This document shows, piece after piece, positions 1 to 12,547 of a stretch of 64,000 nt of DNA. The stretch comes from Podarcis melisellensis. Lineage: Eukaryota. The stretch is from the NCBI GenBank assembly GCA_964234715.1, contig OZ174280.1; one strand, 5' to 3'. The notes beneath the pieces are model-generated. The model was not told the origin of the DNA. It ran no database searches and was given only the letters and a program-made list of their open reading frames with translations. Each line of letters begins with the position of its first letter. The first letter of the stretch is position 1. A program made the position numbers and the translations under genes.

Positions 1-3000
1 AAATTGTTTGAGTGTACACCCCAATTTGTTTGGCCTCTACTAGTGTGTGCGACATAGCTGTATCGGTAACAGGCCTACAACTTTTTTTTAAAGTTGTTTT
101 AGCACTAACTTGGGGGGAGAAACTCAGCACAGGAAAACAACAACAACAATTTTATTATTTATACCCCACCCATCTGGCTGGTACAGTGAAGTAAATGTTA
201 AAATTTTCACTAAAATTCTTAATTTCATTTTACACTGTTTCACAAATATTGCAATGATTTTAAAAATGAAGCTGAAAAGGTAGAGCAGTTTTTAAAAAAG
301 GAAGGTGATACAATTATGTTGGCAAGAAAGTTAAAGTGTGCTGAAAGAGGTGAGTAGCACACAGCCACCCCTCTCTAAAAAGATGGAAGAAATGTGCTGA
401 GGCAATCAACACCTGTGGAGATTGTGCTCCTATTCTGTACATCCCCAAAATTCAAATTTTCTGTGGTCAAAAAAAGGGATGGAAGAACCTTAAGGAAAGA
501 ACCACTGTTTAATTACAGTGTCATGTAAAAGTCCTATAAAAAGTGAATGACCAATGTGTGTGTATTGCAGAGTAAATATCCAGTGGGGAAGAGATGAGTA
601 ATTTGTGTAGCTACTAATAAGTAATACTCTGACAAACACTAAGTGAGATGGTAAACAGGTGCCAGTAAATCCTGATCTGCCGTCTACCAAGCAGATCTAA
701 AGATTCTTAACAAGATCACCTGATAATTATCAAGAGGAATATATTCTGTTAATGCCAACCAGATTAATTCCTCCCAGGAGCTGGGGGAACTGAACAGACT
801 GGTCTAATTTGTGATTTTTTAAAATCTTTGATTCATATTTGATTGAGTGAGTGATTGAATGATGGAGTAACTGATGCCATTAAAAAAATTAGCATTATTT
901 TTTTTCCATTGAAAATGAGTTGCCTTCCCTTCTGTTCCTGCAAATAACTTTTTATTTTAACATGAATTGCTCTGGAATTTTGACATTGGGGCTTATTCTC
1001 ACAAGTAATTTGGATCTATTTTCTTTCTGTTTTTAATTAAGGTTCAAGTTGATAACTACCTGTTATGGGCAAGAGTTAAGTCAAAGCTATGCTAGTGGTC
1101 TTCACAAGTTAGATGTATTTTATAATACCTAATGAAGCTGTAAGAACCTTCTTTCCTTCAAGTAAAACTATAATGCAGTTTTAATGTTAGCAACCACCAA
1201 GCAAGAATAGCAGCTCAAACTTTAAAGCCATTCTTAGTATTCTTGCTTGACTTGTGATTTGTACACATTTGGCCTGCTATATGCCTCCTTTGCTAGGCAG
1301 AGGCCTTACAAATTTCATTCCCAGCAGTGCTGGAAATTCATGGGTGGTTGAGTTAAACCTGAGACTGCATCCTACTTTACCTTGTGTTTCCCTCCCCACT
1401 GTTGTCTCCCTTAATTCTTTTCTGTGGTTTTGGTCCCACCTGATTCTTGCTTGCTGGATCGCTGCCCCTCTATCTCAAGGCTCAGTTAACTTTCCTCCTG
1501 CAGCACAGGTTAAGCCTGTGCTAAGGGATTCTCCGGCACACCCTGCTTGCCTTGCTCTGTTGCCGACAGCTTTTTTCATTATTTATTTAATGTCTTGTAC
1601 CGTAAATAATGGTGACTTTATGGTTATTAGGAACGGGTTAAGGTACATGCGGGCAGCACCAGGCTGCCTTCAAAAGGAGCAGCCCCGGCATAAAATGTTG
1701 TGATAATTGCTTTACTGCTGAGTGCTTGGTCTTTATTTTGTGTCCGATTTGTCTCTTAAGCCAGCGTAACATTCTCCCCGCTGCAGGAGAATGCCGAGAG
1801 CAAATTGAAGGTCTGAGCGTGAACAATGCAACATGGTGCACTGCTGGGTTTTTCTTTTCCCTTTCTTCGTTCCTCTGCCGACCACCCCAGTCCCCCTCCC
1901 CTTCTAGCTCTCAGCCTCTTTGCAATTATTACACCTCTCCACACCATCTGAACTTAAGAGATACCATTGGTTCATCTGGCCCCAGCATTCAGCCCCCTTG
2001 AATGACCTATCCTGGATGCCTCAAAGGAAAATTTAGTAGAAGCCATAGAGTTGTTCTTTAATAATTCACTGTCTATAAGTTAACCTCATTTCTAGCAACT
2101 AGAAGTTTGGGGACCACTAGAGCATGAGGTTGAACCCCTACGCCACCTACTCACCCATGTGGCTGTTAGCTGCTAATGAGCTGTTTGGTGCCCCCACATG
2201 CTCTACCTCAAGGGCAATGGGAAACAAAGGTATGTCTCCAATGTTTCATGCAGGTGGTGGAGGTAAGGGGCAGTGCCTGTTTGAAGGGAAACAAAATAAA
2301 GGATGAACAGTTAGCAGAAGTTTTCTGTCGTTCCCCAGGATCTCCCAAATCTTGTCATCACCAGATTGTTTTTAGATTTTTACTGACCTTGTACCACTGT
2401 AGGCTGGCAAACTGCTGCAAAATAAATGTTTAAAATGTTTTTATGTGCCCAAAGCTATTTCAAGGTATCCTCCCAAAATTGCTTTATTACTTCTTCCTCA
2501 TTTCAAGAGCGTCTGCTGCACTTATAACGCTTCATCTGCAACATTTACTGTACATTCGCTGCTGAAGAGATCTGATCTCTTCCCAAGTCAGTAGCCAAAA
2601 TGCAGAGCTCCTGATTAGATAGGAGGTCTTGACAGTTTAGCATCTAGTGCCTGTTAAGGCTCTCCAAGCTCAGGTCCAAGTGGCAATTTCATATTTATGT
2701 TTGGAGACACAGTGGCGAGAGGTGCTCTAACATACTTTTACTCTTTTTTAGATCATGTGGCCAGACAGGGGAAGCCCAGGGAAGGTGGAATTCAGTTTCC
2801 CTCTTCCCTCTTTGAATAGACAACACTATGGCATTTGGAACATTTTCATTATGAAGAATACTGTTTTTGCAGCGAAGGGGGATTATTGACAGTGTCGATT
2901 CAGGTGGGCGTTAAAGCTGAAATTTCTTGATCATGGGCTCAATAAGGAACTTCGCTGATTCACTGCTACTGCTTTATCTCTCCCATATTTCAACTTATTC

Positions 3001-5477
3001 TTTGCATTATAGTGGTGTAAAAAACAAGTTTCTGACAGCTGTCAGGCCTCCCTTGTTAAATCTTGACAATGGAACTTATGGCAGATAATGAGTCTGTTTA
3101 ATAATGGTATTACATTAGACCATTTCTGAGTTTGCTAATATAAATAGGCCATTTTCAAATGGCCATGTAAGTAGGGCTTACAAGTTCTATATTCATGTTT
3201 CCCATCAAAAATTGCTTATGGTTTTTTTCTGTTTCCTAGAGTTGGGCCAAGCCCCCATGAGTTTCCAGATAGATAATATCAATATGACATTGAGGGTGTC
3301 TACTCGATATGGCAGAAGGCAGGTAAACAATGCTACGATGTTTAGAAAGGCAGTCATGAGCTTCAGCCAACCTTTCTGCTCTTATTGTCTTTTTAAATGT
3401 CTCCTGAGTTTTCAGGCATTCCTGTTCTGTTCATTAGTCCCAAGCTTTGTTCTCTAATATAGGAATTAGGCAGATTAATAAGAAGAAATCTTTGAGGTTT
3501 GGATCATGTTGGGTTTGTGAGAGCTTTGTGTAATGCCAAGGGTGAGTAGACTGAGAAGTTCATTTTTGAGAAGTTCATTTCCAGCTCTTCAACTTATTGG
3601 GATGCAACATTTTGCAGAAAAGAGGGCAGAGTTTTTAGTTTCCCAGTATCTCTAGATGTGAACTCAATTAGCAAAGTACTCAGCTGGTGGAAATAGGATT
3701 GCTTCTCCCGTTCCTTGGGACTATGAGGACTTCAGCCAGAGAATGCTAACTATCTATCTTGGCTGGAGTCTGTAGGCTGGAGTCTTGGCAAGGGGCGAAT
3801 GAGTGCTTGAAATCAGATTCAGATAAGCCTGCTTCATCAAGAAAATGGGGGCTGCTAATTGATAAAGAAAAGGGCATAAATGAAAATATGAATGTGAGCA
3901 GCCTGGAAGGATTTGTTTTTGGATATTGAATAGCTTCAAAATCTTTTACAGTTGGTGTCTCGTTCGAGTAATCCATTTAAGAGGATGCTCTCTTTGGCTA
4001 ACAAATGTGGGTACTGAGGGACAGAAAGCAGTAGGGATAGTGGGGGAAGGCAGGAGAGAATGTCTGCTATAGGCAGTCCTGAGATTGGGGTGGCCTTGAA
4101 GAAACAGTGGCTTTAAAATAAATAAATAAAGGCAAGAAGCTTCCCAACTCCATTATGGGCCTGTAACCGGCCACCGAAGTCAGCAGCAAAATGGCTAGCG
4201 CTTCAGCCTCTTCAGGCTTAATGTGTCCTGTTTTCTGACCCTGAAACATTCCCTTTATGAAAGGATCAAGTTGGGAGCATTGTCCCAGTGCCTTGAAAAG
4301 AGCGGCACAGAATGTGCTTTTGTGTTAACTTGCCTTTTTTTTCATTTTCTGAGCTACTGCCTGCTGTGCTCCCCCCACCTTTTTAAAGGCGACTAGGCAG
4401 AAGGGGGACGGGACGGGAAAGAGAGGCTGGGAAGGACAGTGATACAGACAGAGACTGTCTTGATGAACCATCTGTGCTGGGGTGTAGTCCAGTGGAGCTG
4501 AAAAATTAAACAGCATTTTCAATTAACTTTCTGTCCCTTTTTCTCCAGTGCCTTTTCTTTTCCCTTCCCCCTTCCTGGTTTTCTATGGAAGTTTTTATTT
4601 TAACCCTTTGAAAGCTGTTGCAGGAGTGGGAAGATGTTTGCTTTTAGGGCAGGTCCTCTGGGAGTAAATCCATGAATTGCTAGGCAGTGTCAGATGGTTG
4701 TACTCCATTAACTCCATTCCCCGTTTCTTACAGAAGTATTACTCAGCCCCTCCACTTTTGCAGAGGCTATAAGGCCTGTACCTATTCTTTGTTTTCATAT
4801 AGGCTCAAACCTTAAGGTTACTCTTTTTGAGCCATCCCATTATCGAGACCTTGTTTACACTTGGGTTGCTGTAATTGTCACAACCTTGTCCTTGTTTATT
4901 GTTACAGGGAATTGTGCTTCCTTTTTTCTAAACTTACACACAGTCATGTTGTATATAAGTATTTTCTGTTTTCCATTTATAGACCTGTTACACACTGAGG
5001 CAGACCAAATGACTGCTACTAGTGCCTCCTCAGTGATATAGTACAAATGGGAGTGTGGCCCAGGAGTCCATTAGAATTAGGTGAGATGGATAGTGAGGGT
5101 TAATTTGCTCCCCATTACTGAGGTGTGAATAGCTAAGGATTAAGTATCAATTGCCCCTGAGTGGCTGTGTTCACACTTCAGCTAATGAGCTACTGTGCAA
5201 GCTGCACATCTCACATGAATAAGTAGTAGGGTTACAGTGCCAGTTGGAGGGCACTGCTGGTCATTTTGCCACCACCTCAGGGATTGACCCCAACCCCAAT
5301 ACTGGAATTTCAGCAGCGGTTGGTGCTGCTACACTCATTTTCCTCCTTCCTTTTCTCCTGGCTATATAGCTGTCTCACACAAGGAATTTATGTGTTTCTG
5401 GCTGGGCTGGCAATGGTAATGTTTGAGGGCTGCCATTGTGGCCCAGGGTGACCTAGACTGGCATGTCCTTGTGTTTA

Positions 5478-5733
5478 GGTAAGGTAAATAAATAAGGTAG
5501 ATAAATAGGTACTGCTGCGGCAGGAAGGTAAACGACGTTTCTGTGCGCTCTGGTTTCCATCACGGTGTTCTGTTGCACCAGAAACGGTTTAGTCAAGCTG
5601 GCCACATGACCTGGAAAGCTGTCTGTGGGCAAATACTGGCTCCCTCAGCTTGAAGTGAGATGAGCACCGCATCCCATAATCACCTTTGACTGGACTTAAC
5701 CGTCCAGGGATCCTTTACCTTTTTACCTTTACC
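5478..5733 (+). mobile_element. Sauria SINE, 5'-truncated
   Basis: Body GCTGGCCACATGACC...GAGATGAGCACCGC...GACTGGACTTAACCGTCCAGGG ends in an (ACCTTT)n-type tail; flanked by direct repeat TGTGTTTA at 5470-5477 and 5734-5741 (TSD). Confidence 0.9.
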
Positions 5734-6169
5734 TGTGTTTAAATTCTTTGTTAGTGAATAGCTTTATGATTACTTTCAAGGGAAGATGACTAAAACAGCA
5801 TGTCTCTGTCCTAGAGTTGGATGCCACTTTAGCCGCAGTAGTGCAGATGTCTCTGTACGATGTAGCTAAATCATGCTAGTGGTCATGTAAACATAAATGT
5901 TTATAAAATGCTTCTCTCATTGCATCTGAGATTGGTGATTCTTCTTAAGTTCCCTGACATTGTGTGTCTTGTACTTTGTTGAGCCAAAGATAGCAAAAGT
6001 TGTGGACATTCATTCCTAGGTTATCCCAAAATAGCTTCTGTAGGGTTTAAATCCAGCTTTGAGAATAGCAAATGGATCCTTCATCCCTGTAGGCAAAACT
6101 GTGTGTGTAGCTCAGCACCTCATTTTGGCTTGCATTTCCTTCCCTTTGTTCGAGTCTTGTCCGCTGAAA

Positions 6170-6700
6170 GTCTGCCCTCTCAGCATCCATCCCCTTTCCC
6201 AGGTCATTAATAAGTGTATTAAAGAGTATGGTGCTCAGGGGCTCTCCACAGTTAATCTTCTGCCTGGACCAAAAGTGGCCGTTCATTCCCACTCCCAGCT
6301 CCTCTCTTTCTTAGGCACTTTCTGACCCGTGACAATACTTTGCCTCCCACCCTACATTAGCTTCGTTTCTTTAGTAGCCTTCTCGTCAAAGGCTTTTTGA
6401 AAACTCTATATAAATTATGTTAGCTAGTTCTCCTCTATCTGCTCTTTGGCCTACAGACTGATACAATACCAGAAGATAAAGACAGAGTCTATTGTCTTTT
6501 GCAGATGCTGTGCTGGTTTTGTTAGCATCCTAATTGTGATTGTCATCAGGATTTATAATTCTTTAATTTTCGAAGTCAATCTACCTGTCACTCAAGGGTG
6601 TGTAGCAGCTCATGGTTCCCATGATTCTACCTGCTGTATTTTTCAAAACAGATTTAAAAATTGCTAGACTTGGGCCTCATGGCAGACTTTATGGAGTGGT
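6170..6700 (-). mobile_element. Old CR1/L3 LINE reverse-transcriptase fragment
   Basis: Minus-strand translation GEPLSTILFNTLINDL matches the CR1 motif GVPQGSVLGPxLFNIFINDL; an FQKAFD motif lies near 6385-6402; heavily degraded and ends are approximate. Confidence 0.7.
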
Positions 6701-6890
6701 GTGATGTTTTTATTAGTAAGTAAGCCTTCCCATTGGACTTTTTGAACATGATTCATAAATCAGCCCTTTTTTAAATGGGTCAATAAGGTGAAAGTAAATT
6801 GGCTACATTTCGGTTTTCTTCCTTGAGTCAGGGACCTGACTCTTAGCAATACTCTTTCAAATGGGATGTATATGCATGGTGGAAGTGGCA

Positions 6891-6925
6891 GTAGAATAGA
6901 ATCATAGAGTTGGAAGGGACCATGA
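6891..6925 (-). mobile_element. CR1-type 3' tail fragment
   Basis: TAGAATAGAATCATAGAGTTGGAAGGGACC is the reverse complement of the CR1 3' end with its ATTCTRTG-type repeat. Confidence 0.65.
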
Positions 6926-7143
6926 GTTCCTTATAATAATATAATATAATTAATATAATATAATGATTGTGTGACATTATTATTTTTCCACCCTTCGCTC
7001 ATTTTATAATGGTGTTCAAAGGTAGTTCAAATAGAGCAAGCAGCATTCTTAGGCTGAAGTTCTATACTTGCTTACCTGAGAGAAAGCTCAGTTGAAGTTA
7101 ATGGGAGTTATGTCAGAGTAGACATGTCTGGGATTGCTCTACG

Positions 7144-7294
7144 TAGAATCATAATGGTAGAGTTGGAAAGGACCCTGAGAGTCATCTAGCCCAACCCCCT
7201 GCAATGCAGGAATCCTACCCACAGCTGTCCCTGTCAGTGGGTCTAGCTGTTAAACCACCAACCTTTTGGTTAACAGCTAGACCCACTGTGCCAC
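7144..7294 (-). mobile_element. Short tRNA-head SINE with CR1-derived tail
   Basis: CR1-like tail (TAGAATCATA...GAGTTGGAAAGGACCC...CATCTAGCCCAACCCCC) joined to a tRNA-like head (minus GTGGCACAGTGGGT...); contains a perfect 19-bp inverted repeat. Confidence 0.65.
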
Positions 7295-9627
7295 AAAATT
7301 GCATGACTAATTTAAGTGTTTTGTGAAAATACTCTGAAAGACAGTTCTTTGGCATATCCCTCAGAATCATGTTCATTTCTTAATTAACAAGAAAGTAAAT
7401 GAGTAGCATCAAATTTGTAGCATACTTTGGCAATGATGTCACAAAGTCAAAATGGATTTAAAACCAAGTTGCAGATTATACAAATAAATTGTTTAATATA
7501 GAAAAACAATAAAATTCATTTCATATGTAACATATATCTTGAAATACTGCATTTTCCTTCCATGTCTTCTTTTGCACCTAGGTCAGCCAGCCAGATGGAG
7601 AACTACTGAAACAGTCATGGTCTTTCTCTAAACACACACACACACAGACACACACGGCAGCTGCTGAAACTACAAAGTAAATGTGTCTTCAGCACACTTG
7701 TTACTCTCTTTTCCACATACAGTTCCTTTGGATCCAGGTCCTCCCACCAGCTTGTTACAAAAACCTGTCATCATCTCCTGTAACACCATGTAACCAGTGC
7801 TGTCCCAAGACACTTAAGCACCTGAGGTGGAAAATTCAAATGGTCACACACTGACACTGTGATAAAGCAAAACAAAACCCAACCAACTCCAGCCAAGCAA
7901 TTTGTTACCTGTCAGTGGCTCCCAAAATCTGTATCACAAGGTTACTATTTTGGTCTACCTCATGGTAGAGCTAATATCGGTTTAATTGGAAAGAGTGTCC
8001 TGTGTTTTCTCATAGGAGACCTTGCACCCTGATCCTGAGCATGTAAATTCCAAACTGACGGCTGATTGGGCCCAAGTAAAGGCAGGAGGCCATTGCCTTC
8101 TGTGACACTTTTCAGACCTGCTATTGCAAATGTGAAATGTGTGGGAGAGAAACCGGCAGCCAAAAAAACTCCAGGCTCAATCTCTCAGCTGGGCAGGGTT
8201 AAGAGGGTAACAAAGTCTATGTCCGCAGAGAAGGCAGGCTGGTGTGCTAACCATTGGAGCGCTGTGACTGGTTGAATCACCACCCTCACAATGGGTCAGG
8301 CTACAGTTACTATGGACTGCTGCTGGCATGACAAAGATGGGGGAGTTAGAGGAGGCGTGGGGAGGGAAAGTCCTCACTGAATTGCTTAAAGGCATTCTTG
8401 ATTTGATTTAAACAAAAACAAAACACTAGCAGGCTGGGTGGGTGGGTGGTTGGCAGGCAGGGACCTCCCCTCCCTTCCCCCTCTCTCACACTCGGGTGGG
8501 GAGCTTTCATTCTGCTAGGTCAGCCCTTCGTCAGTGGGAGCCAAAGTGTCTGTCATGTTCTGGCTTCCTTTCTCTCCATGAAAGGGTGGGCGAGACCTTT
8601 GCATTCAAAGCAGTAGCGGTTCTGGGAGGTCCCTTTCCTCTCTGGGTATGGGGGGGCGGGGTGGAGAGGAGGACAACAGTGGCACTGATGTGCAGAGGCT
8701 GATCCCACTTCCTTCAGAAGGGGCGCAAGAGATCAGCAAGTTGGTTTTTAGACCGGGCCGGGAAATGAATTCTCATCTGTCCTGCTCACTCAGTCATTTT
8801 TGTCTCCAGGGCATCCCCTTAACAAAGCATTGTATTAACTATAGTATCTGATAGAGAATCCACTTCCAGGGCTGTATTAGAATTGATGGATTGGGGCCTT
8901 TGTCCCATGTGACTGTCAGGTGTTCTACTCCAGCCCAATCACTCTCATTTTCCATGCTGTCAATCTAGCTTTAAAGCTACAGTCCCAAGTGATTCAGATG
9001 TAGACCAGGTCCGCCACAAAAATATCCTTCCCTTCCCTGACGATTTGGCAGACAGGTTGTGATGCTGCTGCAGGAAATGCTCTCTGTTGCTCCAGACTTC
9101 TTCCTACTTCCTATATTTTTAGATTTGCACCTATATTGTTGTTTTGTTAAAGTGTACCCTTAAAATACGCAAAGTGTGAATGGGACAAACAGATGCTTGA
9201 AAAATAGACCTGTCATGTAGATAGACTCATCAGAGCTGAGATTGACTTTGGCTCCCTACTGAGTGTACGCTCTGTGGCAAATCTAGGTTTTTGCAATATA
9301 ATGGGGTTTGGTTTAGCCACTTCTTTTTTTGTAACCTACAATATGTTGGGAAGAATGAGAGTTAACTGTACCTTTAGTAAGTGGTGTGGCATAAACCCTC
9401 TTGTAACCAGGCCAGACATGGTTAAATATACAGAGTTGTCATTGCCTCAGACTTCAGGAAAAATAGCACCCATCCTCTCCATATTTGCTGCTCAATTTCC
9501 CTGTACTATAATGTCATGTAGTCAGGAGTCCAGTTGCAACAGAAGAGCCAGTTGTACTCGGGAAGCCTTGCATCTTTGGCCTTTTGACTATTGCTCAGTA
9601 CTTCTTAAAACAGTCACCTCTGATGAC

Positions 9628-9960
9628 ATTTATTTACAACATTTATTTACCAACCCATATCAATTTGATACAGGCACCAGTTTAGAATTATATTTAAGCA
9701 CAATAAGAAATAAATACATCCATTAAAGCTGTAATAACATAGTAGGATACAAAATCTGCCAACACCTCTAAAAAGCCTGTCTAAACAAGCAAACAAAGTC
9801 TTAACCTGGGTCCCAAATGCTAAAAAACGAATATGCTCATGGAGAGAAAATTCCACAACTGGAATGCCACTCCCTAACCACCCCCCAAATGCCCAGTCTT
9901 TTGTTGTCACTGCCTTTCTCATGCTGACGGGCACCCAGAGAAGGACACAGATAGGATGTA
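9628..9960 (-). mobile_element. L2 LINE 3' fragment (old)
   Basis: TTTA-type tail followed by L2-like AAAAGCCTG...GTCTTAACCTGG...GGAGAGAAAATTCCACAACTGGAATGCCAC. Confidence 0.6.
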
Positions 9961-12061
9961 CACATACAGTATTAGGACTCGAGCAGAATGCTGGAACAGA
10001 ATCATGTCCCATACTGTTAGACCTGGTGCTAGGGTTGCTCTAGGAATGTCTTAGCTTAGGACTGGAGGGGTGATACTGGAATACAAAATCATGGATCAGA
10101 AAATAATCAAAAGGTCACTCAGTCAAACGTTCCTTTCCTATAGTAACCTACATTCAACTAACACAGAAATTATTTACCGGTACATATTACAGTTTGTAGT
10201 GTTATGCAAACAGAGACCAGGACAAAACAAGATGCATTGTGACATGTGCATGCACAATTAATCTATTTCCCTTTTTTAATGCAGATGGTTCGAGTAAGTG
10301 AGCCAAGCTATACAATGCTAGGGCTGTCAAGGTAGACACAGGCAGTTTGCTGTGGTGGGCAGGCTCTGGCAGGTGCTCTCATTTAGTTATCATGATTCCA
10401 TAGTCTGTAGATAGAGGGGGCAAACAAGAAATGGCAGGATAGCAAGTATTCTTTATGGAAAAGACGGCAGAAAGCTGGCTAAAAAGAAACTCTCCTCCTT
10501 TCTACCAACACTCTGACAGCTAGGTATCTCTGGATCCTTACACAGGATGGCAGAATTCCTCTTCTAGGATTATAGGTAATTCAACTTTGGTCTGTTTGGC
10601 AACCTCATAGTTAAAAATGTTGCCCATTGCTTTCTCTCCTTTTCTCCCTCTTCTTTCCTTTCTCTCCCCCTCCTCTCCTTCTTTCCTTTTCAGAGTTGAC
10701 AGGGGCAAAATAAAGACACTTAAAAAAAAACAATTTTGTTCCTTCTGGGAGTGATGGAGCGAGAGTGAACGAAGATTATAGCTCTGTGTGCTAGAGACCT
10801 TCGTAATGGGGGGAGCGGCAGTGACATAATGGCAACCTAATGGCAGTAATTGCCCCTGGTTTTGACAGGGCCTATATCACGGCTCAAGGAAAAAAGAGAT
10901 GTTTAAAGTAAAAATTTACACAAAATTATACGGTTTGGGGGGTGAAAACGGCTGTTTGTTTTTTTACCATTCTGTGTTGGGGGATTTTATCTCCCCCTGT
11001 CCTTTTCTCTGGGGATGTTTCTTGGGCCCATGTTTGTTGTCCCTGTTTTGTACATGTGTATTTATATCACTTAATCTACACAAACAATTGATCTCCTCTG
11101 AATTGTACAAGTTGTTGTTGCCACTGCTGGGAATGGCACTTTAATGTGCCTGCAAAAATACCACCTGTAGAGCTTTCCTTGGGATTGGTGGTGGAAACAT
11201 GAGGTGTGGGCTAAGCCTCCTTGGTCCTGGCCAGAACAGCAATAGCAGAAGTTTGAAATGGAAGTTAAGCTTCATATTGATTTGCAGCCTTGATAGCTTA
11301 AGTGACTCTACTCTGTAAAGAGGACAACTGGGCTGAAATATGTGTTTCAGGCTCTGCCCACATAAATAGGTTGTTGTGTTGTGCAAATAGGCTTATGGCA
11401 GATGGCACTCAGGCAAATTACTCATCACTGGAGCCGTGCAATTTTTGAACACTGCTTTGGTCCCACCCACACTTGCAAATGAGGTTTGTAGTGCACCTAG
11501 TTTCCCCACTTTCCATGTGTTTTGTCACTGTGATGAGTCCTATTATTTTTTTCAGCTTCGGTTACTTCCAAGTGGAAGTTCATTGTGCAAACTCAGCAGC
11601 ATGTGCATGCAAGTGTCATGCAGGGTCTATATCAAATCATCATCAAAATGCCAGCCCATACTTTTGTTACATTTAATTCAGATTTTCACATATCGCAGAA
11701 AATTGGCTAAGTTGAAGATAACCAGTTATAAATCTGCAGTCATCATTGGTGTGTAAGTTTGGGCAAAAATCGCATTATTTTGGGCAGGCAATATTATCAT
11801 GTTTGCATGGTGATGTTTTGGTGGGTGTTCTCTATCGCCACTTCTGCTTGTCCCTAACCTGAGCACAACCTAGCCATTTTGTTTCTGATGATTCAAATGT
11901 TTTGCTTGTTTCTGAAGGTACACCCAAAAGATAATTGCAGTACATGTACCAGCCTTTAAAAAAAATGCACAGGCCTTGCTCAAGACTGTTTTTGTAATAC
12001 ACACACACATACACACATATATATATATATATATAGCCCGATCAGGAGTTCCCATTTCCAG

Positions 12062-12547
12062 TGTCTTGTGCTCTGCATTGTGGCAAGGCAAGGCCCAACC
12101 ATGGTGTAAGATATGGCAAGGGGGAAATGGTTCAGTCTGGACTCAAAGCAAGGCAGGGATCAGTCTGTCCTCTGGGGAACACAGAGTTCTGAAGTTGTTC
12201 CAGTAAGGAACTAGTGGAAACTGAGCCCTTATATACTAGTTGCAGTAGCAGCAGCAGCAGCATCAGGTGCAGCCTAATTGTTGGTGCCACCTGTGCAACA
12301 AGATGCTGCTCTGTTTAAAGCGCTCAGCCTGTAAACTGCAATGGAGCAGGGGAGCCTTGGACCTTCTGCAGCAGTGTCCTCTGAGTCAGAGGATGGCCGT
12401 GCCAAACCCTCAGGCTGGAGGAGCATTGACCCAGCAGATTCATCTGAGAGCACTTCTAAGGCTTGCCCTGCAAACCCTTCCTCTTCTGTTTCGAAGTCCT
12501 TGTCTTCACCCGCTGAAGATGAGGAATCTGACTCCAAGGTCATGACA
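12062..12547 (-). mobile_element. Probable solo LTR (Gypsy-like)
   Basis: Minus strand starts TGTCATG and ends CAAGACA (6/7 inverted termini, TG...CA); internal TATATAAG box near 12227-12234; acidic pseudo-ORF; no clear TSD. Confidence 0.5.

Noticed and set aside
1254-1703. 149-aa ORF on + strand
   Set aside because: Non-ATG start, no recognisable domain, low-information composition; overlaps a CNE-like block. Chance ORF.
9274-9726. 150-aa ORF on + strand
   Set aside because: No recognisable homology; runs into an L2 tail.
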